This document shows, piece by piece, positions 37,786 through 51,736 of a stretch of DNA of 51,756 nt. Below the pieces are notes generated by a model. That model searched no databases. It saw nothing but the letters and a program-made list of their open reading frames with translations, and was not told the DNA's origin. The DNA is taken from contig NC_068990.1 in assembly GCF_001194135.2 (NCBI RefSeq), positions 82,655,192-82,706,947 of the forward strand, in the 5' to 3' direction. The DNA comes from Octopus bimaculoides (lineage: Eukaryota). Both the position numbers and the translations under genes were made by a program. Numbering within the stretch: position 1 is the first letter of the stretch; every line of letters begins with the position of its first letter.

Positions 37786-40700
37786 GAATTGTGATAGCAA
37801 TAATAATTCCAGCGCGACAATATGTCTAAAATAATCTGAGAAGCTATCAAAATATAAATAACTGGAACTAGAGATAACCAAGTTTAGACTGCAAAACAAA
37901 CAACATCCATAATAATTGGTACATCGAAGTTAATTGAAAACAAAAACAGATTCTGTGAATACATAACCAAAAACGAAGTTACTAATAAACAAAAAATTAA
38001 CACAACGAAGGAAATTACTCTTATATTGTGTAAAATGATTTCCATATATTAGAAAATAAGAAAAACTGAATTACAAAACTTGGCGTACTTAACATTTTCG
38101 GAGCTGTGCTGAGCAATGTATTGAAAGCGCATAATAAAAACAGAATTATTGTATGAAAAAAAGAATGTTTCCTTGCTTGACCAATTTTCCATCAAATCAG
38201 TGGGAAGTCAAATCTTCACTATTTCCCCATAGAAATCATGCCGTACTATTTTAGAGTGGGGTTAAGCGCGATCTAATCTTGAATATCTGCGCTTTTCACG
38301 CAGAAAGTTAAAGAAAGTAATATACTTGCCGACCAAGTATATCACTTTCTATCTCCCTTGTATCAGAACAACCGATCAATTGTTCATTATTGAAAACAGT
38401 AACTAGTACCATGTTTTTATTGATACATTGGCTGATTTATCGACAAGAATATAATTGGAAATATTCTCTTGTTTGTAATATTCTAATATAGTTTAATACC
38501 ATTTGCTTGTTTGTTTTCAGACATAATCTTAAATTCGCAATAAAGTTCCTTCAGGAATTGCTTCTCATCGCTTCCGTATACTCAGTTAGTATTGTCTATA
38601 GGAATAATGTCTATATAAAAAAAAATTTATATCAGGAATTTTTATTCTGAAATACTTTATTATTTGTTTCATGGGAAATATGAATATCTTCTTTTTTAAA
38701 TAAAACATTCCCGAATTTCTACGACAGAGTTTAATGTTTTAGAATTGTAACTATTCTTTTGTTTACTTCGGTATCAAGTCTTAGAACTATCATTATCTTG
38801 TTAATTTTACTTTTAGTGTGTTATCAATTTAAAATCTTGGGTAAATTTCAAGGAACTCGTCTTCACTATTATGAAAGAATTGTCAACAAATATTCATTAG
38901 TATACACGTCATAAGCCAGCAAACAAACAATTTACCTATTAAATGTAGTAACAAAACCTCACTCTAATCTCAATACAACTAGCAATTTAGATTTTGATTA
39001 AATTTTAACAGGAATGGACATGAATGAAAAGCCTTTGCACATAAGTTTGCACGATAAAAGTTTGTGTTGGGATAAACAATAACCAAAACTTTCTAAGGAT
39101 GACCTTCCGCATGAAGGTAATACAATTAAGTGCTGTCTAACACACATAATGGAATACCTTTCCAATCAATTGTTTTCTCTAAGCTATATTTTCTAGGTCG
39201 TTGTAATATCTCGTATATGTATCAAAGTGCATGCACTAACAAGATGCACTAACATAATTTCATCGAGGTCGATGAAGTAATTACTAGTCGAGCACTGCCT
39301 ATAGCAGAAAAAAAAATTAAGGAGTTAATAATGCTTGAAATGACGTTTTTTTTCTGGATAATCTGAATATTTCAGTGATGTTCATAAAGACAGGACGCAC
39401 ACCTCATTGTATACCTCCATTTAAACGTTACCCCATCCAATTTTGGTTTCCTCCAAAAATTGCCAGATTTTGTTCCTATTAAGTATATAAATACAAGTGA
39501 TTAGAAATTCTTTTTGGCTTATGACATTGCTTTAACTCGCATATTAAGGTGTATTGATGAGAGAAATGAGTGCTCAACTTACCAGTTTCAAGATTTGTTA
39601 AACTTCTATCGATGTTCGCTTACTTTGTTTCTGTGCACAGAGAGTATATAAGCTTATATTTTATTTACACTGTATACATATCTATTTCTAATGTTACTGT
39701 GTTGACTTCTGTATTTCTAATCCTGATAGGCTTCCTATTTAGACGCGATGACATATGAAAACTATCTGTTGAAAAACTCTTACAAAACTTGTCTCTTCAT
39801 TTTATAAGATTAAAAAGCACATTTTCGGAGTGGTTCATTTCAAGATTAAATACTTTAATTTATCCTACACTGAAATAATATATATGCTGAACCAGGCTCG
39901 TAACTGTCGTCGAGAAACTATAGACAATTTTAATTTAAAGGTAAGTAGCATGACACACTTTCACCAGTCAGAATCATTAGCGTTGTAGTTGGCATGGTTA
40001 GTCAATTAGATGGCATAATGCTGCTTATGCCGGTGTGTCGTAGTGTTAAATAAAAACGAACCGATTCAGGTTGAATGTCAGTCATGAATGTACTCTTCTC
40101 ATTCATTATCATTGTCTGGCAACAATATAAGGCTGAAACAATAGAATTTGCTCATGGTTGTGTTCAAGTTACCGTTAAACCAAGAATCAAAATGAAGATG
40201 AAGTAAGTGCTTGTGTGTAAATATAATCGGTGAAATAAATTAGCTCTATGTTTCAGAGTATGGTATATTTAATCCGTTTATAAACTTATTAATATAGAGT
40301 CACTGAACTTCATAAACACTGAAAATTAGTAACGGAAATTAATAGGAATACCTGCAAAAACAAACGAAACCGTTATTACAATGTTATCTATTTTTACATA
40401 AAGTCAATAAAAAAGTATTTTTATTGTAAAGATTTAAATTTCAGTTATAAACTTGAAAAAAATTGGAATCGTTATTAAGTTGGAAAATCTAACTCTTTTA
40501 CAAAAGAAAAAAAAACAGCTCTACCAAATTTGCATTATGATAAATATGAAATTTAAATAAAATCAGCTATGTAGGCAGAATACCTATTGTAAATATATAT
40601 CAACAACGCTATGCATTGAAACAAATGATTCAAAAAGTAAAAAAAAAAAAAATTGTATGAAATATATGTAAACAAACTGCGATAAATCTTGTAAGAAAGG

Positions 40701-41166
40701 ACAAGTATTTTTTCTTTATATGGGAAACATACGGTGATATGAATAAATCAAGATAACGGTTGCTATTATTATTTTGATTAAAAGTACTTGTAGACGTTAC
40801 AGCAATTTATTAATAAATATAAAAAGATATTGACTGTATTACCGAATTGATGAAAAAATGTTGTTTTTGGTGAAGAATTATAGAGTTCCTAAACAATAAC
40901 TAATCTAATAAAATGGTAAAACTAAATAACAAATTATGAAAAAAAGAATGCTTGGAAGAAGTTACACACGATGCATACACTTACCTATAAATATGCACAT
41001 ACTTATGTATCTATGTATGGATATCCGTAATAAAAACCTGTATTAGATGCAACGAGAAAATCTAATATTAAATATAATTATACCTCTCAACTGAAATGAA
41101 TATAAATATTTAGTTATATATTTTAATAAATGAAATGAAAACATTTTTGGTATTACCTTTTAATAT

Positions 41167-41381
41167 TGGTTTCGAATTTTGGCACAAGGCCAGAAATTTC
41201 AGGAAAGGTGCTAAGTCGATTAGATCGACTCCAGTGCTTAACTGGTACTCATTTTATCGACACCGAAACAATAAAACACGAAGTCGACCTCGGCGGAATT
41301 TGAACTAAGTTCGTAAAGACGGACGAAATGACGATAATCATTTTGCCTGGTGTGCTAACGATTCTACCAGCTCGCTGCCCT
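41167..41381 (-). mobile_element. SINE family A (full length)
   Basis: ggtttcgaattttggcacaaggccag...gctaacgattctaccagctcgctgccct. Confidence 0.92.
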
Positions 41382-41412
41382 GATATTATCTATTTATATT
41401 ATATTAGCTATT

Positions 41413-41620
41413 AAGCCGGCGATCGGACAGAATTCTTACCACGTCGAGGAAAATGTTTAGCGGCATTTCGTCCGTTTTTACGTTCTGAGTTCAAGTGTCA
41501 CCGAGGTCGACTTTTCCTTTCAACCTTCCGGGATCAATAAAACATATATCAGTTGAGCACTGAAATCGATGTAATCGACTGAGCCTTTCCCCCGGATTTG
41601 CTGGCCTTGTGCCAAAATTG
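41413..41620 (+). mobile_element. SINE family A (full length), inverted relative to 41167-41381
   Basis: aagccggcgatcggacagaattc...gttctgagttcaag...gaggtcgact...tcgatgtaatcgact...ctggccttgtgccaaaattgg. Confidence 0.9.
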
Positions 41621-42449
41621 GCACCAATACGACGAGTCATCACACACTCTTTGTACACAGTCTTTGTACACATATTCTGCTTTACAAATAAATATATCTG
41701 ACACAGATGCCATCTTTTTTTGGAACGATTCTGTAAATTTGAGTTGTTCTCTACCATTATCTTTTTCCTGCTTTATCAGCAATTGCATAAAAAAATTTTT
41801 CAAATTGTTTCCGAAGCATATTTTTCCCAGATAAATGTTTTTATTTTATTGCATGACAAGGTTCAAAAATTGAAATACATTTCAATTTAATTTTCACTGC
41901 TCAACGAAATTAGTATTTAATTAGTTTCGTTGCTAATGGTTTTCTACCAAAAATAAAAAATATATATTTATCTTTTTCCTGTTGATATGCACACGTTTGA
42001 GAAAAATTGAAAATTTTTAATCACTTGTCATATAGTTTATGTTCTTGGTTCACCTGGAATCCTCACTTTAGGCAGTCATGAGTAACAAAACCTCTTTATT
42101 TAATTTGGAGTCAACGAGGAAACCTTTTACTAGACTAGTAACCCGCTAGAAATAGAAGTCAAATTTACTTAAACAAACACGTGTTTGCATCTCTCTAGAC
42201 AGTCATAGGCAAGATTTTTCTAGAAGACTAGGAGTTACCTTTGCAGACATATCCCTACTTTCTCATCTACATTGTTACTCAAAGGAAAGACCATCGCTTT
42301 ATAACTAATAAACTAATAAAGCTTGGAACCAGTGTTGTCTTAGGCGTTGCACACACACACATGCACACATGCAGGCATACACAATGCCACATACTCACAC
42401 ATACACACACACACGCAGGTATACACAATGCCACATACGCACACACACT

Positions 42450-42789
42450 GAGACTCCCTTCGGTCATGACTGACCATGAGATTGCACCTAGAAAGTTACC
42501 CTCCGAGTGATAAATCCGGGCAATGTCGTTTTTTTATAGAAGACCAGCAGTTGCCCATGCATACCAGCCTCCCCTCTCCACACCACCAATGTTGTCCAAG
42601 GGAAAGGCAAAGGGGCCGATACAGCTTGGCACCAGTGATGTCGCAAATCATTTCTACAGCTGAGTGAACTGGAGTAATGTGAAATAAAAATGTATTGCTC
42701 AAGAACACAACACGCAGCCCGGTCCAGGATTCGAACTCACAACCCCGCGATTGTAAGTTCGACGCTCTAACCACTGCGCCATGCGCCTT
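42450..42789 (-). mobile_element. Full-length tRNA-derived SINE family C (CORE-like)
   Basis: Reverse complement GGCGCATGGCGCAGTGGTTAGAGCG (A box) ... GAGTTCGAATCCTGG (B box), then gtgttgtgttcttgagcaatac...tatttcacattactccagttcactcagctg and a unique 3' body. Flanked by (CA)n. Confidence 0.9.
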
Positions 42790-43260
42790 CACACACACAC
42801 ACACACACATGTACACACACACACACAGCACACATATATATACACTCACATACATACCTCATACCCAAACTCACACATACACATTTGTATATAGACGAGC
42901 TTCTGCAGTTCCGCAACAACATTCACTCACATGACAGAAGTCGACCCAGACTAAAGTAAACTACAGTAAATGTGACATGCTGTGAGACTAAGTCGAAAGC
43001 CACGTAAGAGAAAATGCCCAAATTACATGGATTTGCTGGCGCCTGTATCATGTATCATTAATTATGATTTTGCAACGGACATTCCACTTTTCCAGTGCAT
43101 TCCCCATGGTGTGAGATTTTATAAAGTGTGTATGTACCCTTAATAGAGACAATGTTTTATTGGTCCAGGCACCATCTTATGTCAATTTTATATGGGGTGC
43201 GTTCAAATTTTAGCAGTACAGTGCATACACAAAAATATACATATAGACATATGTAAATAA

Positions 43261-43291
<31 letters not shown>

Positions 43292-43524
43292 CATACATTC
43301 ATAATACATACATGCATTCATAATACATACATACATTCATAATAAGGAGTGGTAGTACCCTCTCATCTTTTTAGCATCTAATAATTCCTAAGCCACTAGT
43401 ACAAAACTATAAACATTGAGGGTTATCCCACACGAACTAGGTTGTTAAGAACCACAGGCACTAAGATGTTATCATCTTAGTGTACCTGTTGAGGCACATT
43501 GTGCTGATCGGTATTTCTCTAAAG

Positions 43525-44100
43525 AATTATATCTTGGTGACTGGAACAAAAAGCAACCAAGACAAGTCAGTGGGCCTGTAATTTGGCACCTGAAGATGCA
43601 GGTTGATGTTGTTCACCAGTCCCGCGGAGTACTGGACAGATGGAACGGTTAAATTACTCGGGGTTTGGTTCGGTCCAGATTGGAGAAGTACTGGGACGTG
43701 GTATGAAGCAGACTGACGTATCTCACATAGAAATGAGCCAACAGAAAGCTCCCAGGAAACAGTTCAATATATACTGTTAAGGCAATGCAGTACGATTAAT
43801 TGGGTCTGTTCAAAATACACGTTGGGAAGCAAAACCATTCTGCATGCATTCATCTACTGCTCGAACATTGCTGGCTTGCGGAATTATGTTGTGCAGCTCT
43901 TGTATAGATTTCTCTCTGCTCGAGAATGGCAAATGTTTTTTCTGTTGGCCTTGGTGAAAGAGCTTTTGTGGTGGTTGAGTTTCAAACGGCAGAAGATAGC
44001 CAATGCCTGCAAGAAAAGTTTAAAGTTTTACTTGTGGAAAATAATAGTAAAGTTGTTCAATGGTGTATGGAAATGAGTGTATGTTGCGATTGAACGGGTC
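43525..44100 (+). mobile_element. L1/Tx1-type LINE ORF2 remnant (end of RT and C-terminal region, internally deleted)
   Basis: GTKSNQDKSVGL*FGT*R, WTDGTVKLLGVWFGPDLEKYW, then KTILHAFIYCSNIAGLRNYVVQLL...LALVKELLWW. Confidence 0.75.
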
Positions 44101-44419
44101 AGTTCCAAGCAATCACCTGTGGATTGAAATAGGACAGCTGTGATAGGGGGCTTTCTTAGAAATCAATGTGACTATAGGTTATATGGGGGTTTCCCTGAAT
44201 AAGCTTCATCAAATGCCTCGCTCATTTTGAGGAATACTTTCTAATTTTAATTACATTTATTGTTATATCTCTTGTATGCATATTCAATATATGATACAAC
44301 TCTATATCGTTTTGCAGCATCCAATATCTTTTCACCAACCCTTCTTCTCCACCGGCTCCTCTTAATTTTGTTGTTGTCGTTGTTATTCTGATTTGGGCAA
44401 GAAGTCAGCAATTTTAAGG

Positions 44420-44580
44420 GGATAACTTTTGGTGATTCCAGCGACTCCAGTTTCTGAGTGATACACGATTTTATCGATATCGAAAGGATGAAAGGTGAAG
44501 TTAAATATAGCAAGATTTGAACATGTCATGAGGCATCAGATATACCATCTGACATTTTGTCCGACGCTCTAACGATTATT
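44420..44580 (-). mobile_element. Degenerate SINE family A fragment
   Basis: ttttatcgatatcgaaaggatgaaaggtgaagt...agatttgaac...cattttgtccgacgctctaacgatt. Confidence 0.65.
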
Positions 44581-44896
44581 GCATCTCATTGCTAGTGTAT
44601 CAGTTATATAATGAAATTAATCGATGTACATTACTAAGAATCGAAACCACAATATCAACTCTGTTCTAGTCTTCAACTCACAACATCTTGCCTGCTATTT
44701 GTATTGGCTTCTGTATATTCAATTCTTGCTTCACGTTGAATGGCTAATTCTGTTCCAATGCACAATTAAGGTAGTGATAAATTACGTAATAAAATTATTG
44801 GCGCATAAACAGTAAATGTAATAAGTGGCGTAGATGGGGTTTATAAACTATTAGATAATACCAAGGGATAATGAGCTATATTTCAACAAAATAAAT

Positions 44897-44964
44897 TATT
44901 ATTATTATTCATATTATTATTATTAGTAGTAGTAGTAGTAGTATTAGTAGTAATAGTAGTAGTA
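44897..44964. repeat. (ATT)n/(AGT)n compound microsatellite
   Basis: Seen directly. Confidence 0.93.
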
Positions 44965-45072
44965 TGCTTTGCTAATGCTTCAGACATATACCACCAATTT
45001 TATCCACACCTCCGTTGCTATGCTATTTCTTTTTAATCTTACAGCATCAGATGTCGCAAGAGATATACTGTA

Positions 45073-45112
<40 letters not shown>

Positions 45113-48100
45113 ATAGTCTAAAGAGCGTTCGTAGTGAAAGCAGATGTCTTTTGATAGGTACCATGTGTAAGTGCAAATTTCTGCTGTAAGCCTCGAGAAT
45201 ATTGCATAATTAACGGGGATTGAGAAAGCCCAAAGTCATCAACTCTGATATGTTAGTTTATTCTATATGCGATGCATGATGATCTTCTTCAAGACATGAT
45301 ATAATTAATTCAAATGTCCATCTCATGCTTGCAATTTAAAAATTCAAATGATTTCAGCCATTGGAATAAAGTCATCCTAGATAATCGGCTCCAGAGGTTT
45401 CAGTCAATTTTATCAACGCCGATACTTAAATGTTGTCGATTCTAATTATCTCTTTACTATTTCTCCAAGCTGCCTCTCTTTAGAGAGTTCCTTCCATTTC
45501 AGTAGTGTATTATGTATATCATGTTTTAACTGGTATATACGAACTTAAACACACATGCTTAACCATACTCATACGTATACAATATACACATACATATATG
45601 CATTCATATGTGAATGTGCATGTATGTGCGTGTGCAGATGTCTGTGCGTGTGTTGATGTGTTTGTTTGCATGAGTAAGAGAAGTTTTGAACACTTTCTGT
45701 TATGCCATTAATCAATCTGAAAAGACATAGTCGAGAAAAGTGCTGTCCATTGGCTCGTACTCGGAATCACGTGGCTGCAAAGTTAACTTCTCTTCTATGT
45801 ACAAATGTCAGCTGATATCTAAGTAATTTCAAAATATTCACATACGTCTCATAATGTCTCATGGTTTGACACAATTAACGTCGTAGCAAAGAAGCTATAA
45901 AATAAATGTGATGTTCTCTGGTGTAATTGTATCATTTCAATCCTCTAGGTAGTAAAGTGGTTGCAAAACTAACTAAAATATATGTCACTTTCTAAATATA
46001 CACGCAAGATGTTACGACATGAAGCAACAATTTTAAATATCTTTCGCACGTAATAATACTTTTGGCGAGCAATTACTACGAACGTTTCCCGAAATCTTCA
46101 GAAAATCCAAATGTTAGTTCGTCCATTAATTTATCAAATTCCTTTCACTCATGTACCATTATATCCCATAACTCATAACACCGAGACACCAGGAATTCTT
46201 TCTAGACATATTAAGAAGCTTAGTTAAGTTACACTGTTTCCGATGTACTAATACTGGATATTGTTCAGTGCGTCGCTTTAATCGGAGCTTAAACGGTGAG
46301 TGTGTAACGTTCAAAATAGTAAGAGATTATTTTCTTATCTATTGACTCAAATTATTCCGCTAGTATTATATTTATTACATTAAGTTGTGCATCTAATGCA
46401 GATAAAACTGCAACAGTCTCTGAGAAGAAAACAAAAAGGAAAAAGAAAAATATAGTATCACTTGTTTTTTGTCCTGCAAAATAAAAATTTAATTTACAAA
46501 ATGTTTTAGTTTTCCCACTGTCTCTGCTTCATGTGGCAGGTAAGAAAACCAATTCTATTGTCATTTATCGAAGAATTACAATGCACAACTTCTCTATACT
46601 ACTAGATTCAAAACCGTATCTTTCTTAAATTCTCGAAATCTAAAACGTTCCGAACTGTGTCTGTCAAGATATTCATAAATGGTACAGAATTTTTCTCACA
46701 CATACATACATACATACATACATACATACATACGTTGTAGCGCAAAGCAATGATTGGAAATACACAAACTTTAGGTTACTTCAAGTATATTTGTGATTTG
46801 TTTTAACTTCTAAAGGCAATTTCACTCCAATTTAGCATGAACAAAACAATTCTTGCTTATGGTAAGCCAGAGGGTGCCACTGAGTTGACAATAGTGTGCT
46901 TATATCTTTACCATGATAGGGAATTATTTTCCATGGTAAACTGCAGTGAAATTGTGTTTAGAAGACTTAATATGTCACTGGCATATTTGAAATAAATTAG
47001 CGTGTGTATATATATATATGTGTATATGTATGCATGTGTGTGTGTGTGTGTGTGTATGTGTGTGTATGTGTCTGTGTGTGTATGTGTCTGTGTGTGTATG
47101 TGTCTGTGTGTGTCTGTGTGTGTGTGTGTGCAGATATGTATGTGTCTATACAAAATACCGCTCTAAGCATCCGATATATTTTTCCATAAATAAAATAAAG
47201 GCGTGAGTGTGCACAAACACAAACACACATACATACTCATTAAGAAGTTACAATGTATTCAAATGAAAACGAAAGTTTAAAAAATGGAGTTATCTCCCTT
47301 TACATCACATTACACAGTGAAAGATTGTCATTGTTTATTAAACAAAAGATTATTATATTGTGCTATCGAAAAATCATACATTTATATATATTTTTTTTAA
47401 TTCCTGCATAATTGTCAAGGATTTGATTATATGTTTAGCCGTGTCTTTTGTTCTCTCGTTTTTCAAGAAATATTGATAACAAATCGAACTTGTCACTCTC
47501 AATGGGAACACTGCATTAATAAATCAACACGTTTCGGTGATTAGAACATTATGACAAATTCAAAAGAACCACGAACTCCATGGTAAGTTAAAGATATTTT
47601 ACGATGTTATGATATTTAATACAGTGAACATTAAAAGTCAGCCAAGATATTATTGTTTAGTGAGGAAATAACAGATGTAGTCAACGCTGAATATTGCTTT
47701 AAATATTCCAGAAAGTACGGGAAACAATTTTGGATGTACTCTACTTTTATTGGGATTTCTCAGATAAGCATAGACTTCTCTGTGATCCTGATGGTGAAAT
47801 TAAGAACTTCCAAGTGAATACCCAATATTGTACACTACTTGATTCGCAAAATAGTATAAGTATAGCTTGGTAACACAATTTATTCAGAGTCTCTGTCATT
47901 CTGAAAAGCAATGATTAGGTTAAGTGTTGATATGGTAGAATTATTAAACTATTGGATGATGTGTCATGGGCTATTCATACTCGAGTCTCTACGATCTCAG
48001 TTTAAGCACCCTGGGGATAACTGTGCTTTTCGTTATTTTTTTTATCGATAGATTGATATACTATACAAGAATTGGGATCGGATTGTCTCTGTCTTTTGTT

Positions 48101-48261
48101 TTGTTTTTTGTTTTTTTTTCACAATAAGAAATCACCTTTGTATTTATACTTGCATGTTTATCATCGGAAAATCTTGAAACTGCCTTTTATTTTCACATGT
48201 ATGCATGTATATATATTTTGTACATTAAAACCTAAGGTTTTATCTGTTTGTTTTAATCATT

Positions 48262-48357
<96 letters not shown>

Positions 48358-48503
48358 ACATATGTCTATATGATATATTTGGGTTTTATTCCCAACCTTT
48401 GCAAAATAGATGCATCTTCGTTTAATAAGATTCGGTTATTCATGTTCCACTTGTGTTCTTCCTTCGCAAAAATATTGTGTCTATGTGTGCCCTATACACA
48501 TCA

Positions 48504-48539
<36 letters not shown>

Positions 48540-48599
48540 TTACGTATATGTACATACATATGTGCGTGTGTGCATGTGTGTGTATGCTTGCATATACGT

Positions 48600-48672
48600 A
48601 TACCTGGTTAAGAAGATTGATTCTCAACTATGTGGTCTTCGGTTCAGACACACTGCGTGACATAGTGGGCAA
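48600..48672 (+). mobile_element. Degenerate SINE family B head
   Basis: ggttaagaagattgattctcaactatgtggtcttcggttcagacacactgcgtgacatagtgggcaa aligns with 50992-51098. Confidence 0.55.
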
Positions 48673-50077
48673 CTATGCATACACACCTACACATACACAC
48701 ACGCGCGCACACACACACGCACGCACATACATACTTGTATCTGTTTGTATATATATATATACGTGTGTGTGTGAGTGTGTGTATGTACGTATGTCAGTAT
48801 GTGTGCATTTATGAATTGTATTATACAGCTAATCATAAGTTCCTGTTAAGGAAAGCACTCCTTAGACCTCCACGACCAATTTACCATGTAAGTGTATTAG
48901 TCCGTGGACGCTGGAAACTGTAAGCTCTTTTTCTGAATCCTGCGGAAGGCTTACTTATGTATGTGTATAAGCATATGTCGAAAATGTGATGATGTTTGGT
49001 CGACAACTGATGAGAGACTCATCGTAGATCTATCTGTTTTGCGTGAGTATTTTTGTTGTGGGTAGTTGTCCTGTAAATTCTTCTCACGTCACTGTATCAT
49101 TTTTCTTTACTCACAAAAACACATAACTACACACACACACATACGCATATAAATAGATAAGCTTTTGCTAGTGGAAACTCACACACACTAGCATATACAC
49201 TGACGCATTCTAAGCTGGTGTTGCGTTTGCAACTTAGCACTTAACTCTGGAGCTGTTATATGTTCAAGTATTATTTTTATATAAGTTATTTTCATTTTGC
49301 TTCATGTTATCCTTTTTTATTGTGTTGTATTGGATTAATGAATGCAGTTGGTAATTGTAAATGATTTTTAGATAAAGGACTTCTAGATTAGCCTTTTTTT
49401 AACGCTCAGTTAGTAAGTGTTAAGCTTTCAGAGAACCGTTATCTTATGTTTTCAGGCATTTCTGCTGTGCAATCTAACACAATCATAGTATAAATGAAAA
49501 TCTATGTAGTTATGTATGCATTTATATATATGTATATATGTATTTATGTAAGTAGTTATGTATGTTTGTATGTGTACAGATATGTTTGTCTGTATGCAAT
49601 GTTAATGTTAATGTATATCAATATTAATGTATATTTGTATGTATGTCTATATATTTATGTGCATATATAGGTACGTATGTGTGTGTAGGTATGCATGTAT
49701 CTATGTATGTATATATGTGCGTATGTGTTTATATGTATATATATTTTTTGCATGTATGTATGTATGTATATATGTATGTGTGATAACCTGTATTTACCTT
49801 TGTTTCAAATTATATGTCCCCTAGATGATGAAATTATACATGGAGGAACAATTTTTAAGTAAGAATTTTACACTTAATGAAACATTTTCCGAAAATTTAA
49901 AAACTTCAATTTATTGAAAGATGAAGACTTTATGTTTTCCGTTGATGAATATTCTTATCCTGGTGAAGAGAGGAATGTGTGACAGCATCTACTTTAGAGG
50001 TGGTGTCAACGGCGCCAGTTGTGTTGCTAACGGTGGTGTGGTGGTGTCGGAGATGCATGGTAATGCCGTTATCGATA

Positions 50078-50222
50078 GTGGTGGTGGTGGTCGTCGTCGT
50101 CGTGTTTTGGTGGTTGTGGTTGTTGTTGTTGTTGTGGTAGTGGTGGTGGTGGTGGTGGTGGTGGTGGTGGTGGTGGTAGTGGTAGTAGTGGTCGTACTGG
50201 TGGTAGTGGTGTTGGTGGTGGT
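50078..50222. repeat. Compound (GGT)/(CGT)/(GTT)/(AGT) trinucleotide tract
   Basis: Seen directly. Source of the poly-Val and poly-His ORFs. Confidence 0.95.
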
Positions 50223-50991
50223 GAGAATAAAAAAATACGACTAAATCATACTCTTCATTTGTTTTCTCTCTCCATACATGTATGTGTGTATGCATGCAAA
50301 TATACGAGATTGCTTGTAGATGAGAATATTCTATAAACGAAAATTGATTTCATACAGCCAAACTTTTTAATGTGAACAGGAGAATCTATGCTGGAAATCC
50401 GAAAATTTTTATTTAAACGCGGCAGACAGAAAAATCAAACAAGATATAAACATTCTTCTTACTTCAGAAATGCAAATTTTCTTATTACAGACAAATATTA
50501 TAGATATTGTGTTCGTTTCTTATTACATCTTTATATTACAGCAGACGTTATATAACTCACACGTACAGTTTCATTAAAGATATTATGCTTCATCCCTTTA
50601 ATATAGAAATCTCTGAATGTATATAAATGTATATCCGCTTCGGTGACGGCGTAAAACAATTGAGAAGAACCATGTTGTGCATTAGTATTCACTATATTCT
50701 AAATATATTGCCTACATGTAGTTGGTAGTCCATACTTGCCAAATTGGGTTATAAGTAGTCGTTTCTCTTATGGACAAGTCACATTGAATAGTCTATAGTT
50801 GGAAAGCAGAAAAACGTAAGTTTATTACACATCTATAATTGATAAATATCGGTTTATATTTTGGCATCAGTCATTTTTCTTAAAATACATACTTTTTATA
50901 AATCATACATATATGTTTATGTGGAATGATAAAACAAGGCTTAAAAATATTTGTGTATCTTCGAAAAGAGTTATAACTTTATAAATATAAA

Positions 50992-51098
50992 GACGCGAGA
51001 GTGGTTGTGTGGTAAGAAGTTTGCTTTCCAACCACATAGTTCCGGGTTCAGTCCCATTGCGTGGCACATTGGGCAAGTGTTTTTTACTATAGCATCTG
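50992..51098 (+). mobile_element. SINE family B 5' head (truncated at the Penelope junction)
   Basis: gtggttgtgtggtaagaagtttgctttccaaccacatagttccgggttcagtcccattgcgtggcacattgggcaagtg: A/B-box-like head plus CORE-like tgggcaagt. Confidence 0.82.
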
Positions 51099-51640
51099 GG
51101 TAGCTAGCGCAGTTGAATTTTTTGTTTCTTGATTTAAAAATGAACTTCTGTACGCCCTATTTCAAGTCTTAAGATCAGTCGTACTTCCTATGTAAAACTT
51201 TTTTGATTCACTACGGGTTGAAACCTCAATTTTATATATGTCATTTCTCCTTAAACAGAATCCCTTTAAGGGATATAATATCCGGTTACGGCAATAACAT
51301 GTTTTATTTCCATGCTTCACCTTTATATTGTTAATATCAGGATTCTTGTTATTATTCTGTATATTAAGGTCAGCTATATTGTCATCTCTATCAATACTAT
51401 TATTTCTAAATTTAAATCTGTTGTTGGCAGCAATTATAGATCCTAGGGTGGGCGTGGTTGAGTACGTGAATTTAAGGCAGGACCTATTAAAGATGGAATG
51501 ATATTGATGGCAAAATGGGAATTCCTGTCAATAATCCTAAAAAGTGATTTAGGGAGGTTTCTGACTTGGAAGGAAAAAGAGGGGTGAACCAGATAATCTC
51601 CCGTTTCCTGACCGAGTTGTTCCCTACTCTGCCCAGTATA
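51099..51640 (-). mobile_element. Penelope-like retroelement remnant: RT thumb, Cys linker and C-terminal GIY-YIG endonuclease
   Basis: Minus strand: RKREIIWFTPLF...FRIIDR/FPFCHQYHSIFNRSCLKFTYSTTPTLGSIIAANN...KTCYCRNRILYPLKGFCLRRN / YKIEVSTRSESKKFYIGSTTDLKT*NRAYRSSFLNQETKNSTALA. A few frameshifts and stops. Confidence 0.9.
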
Positions 51641-51694
<54 letters not shown>

Positions 51695-51700
51695 ATTATT

Positions 51701-51736
<36 letters not shown>

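Noticed and set aside
42715-42789. tRNA-like gene with good A and B boxes
   Set aside because: No closing acceptor stem or Pol III terminator; it continues into a SINE body, so it is a SINE head.
46078-46105. Minus-strand CTGAAGATTTCGGGAAACGTT with a canonical hammerhead core
   Set aside because: Stem II cannot form from tttcgg and there is no stem I complementarity.
49921-50295. Poly-Val and poly-His ORFs resembling membrane or His-rich proteins
   Set aside because: Products of the (GGT/GTT)n tract on the two strands.
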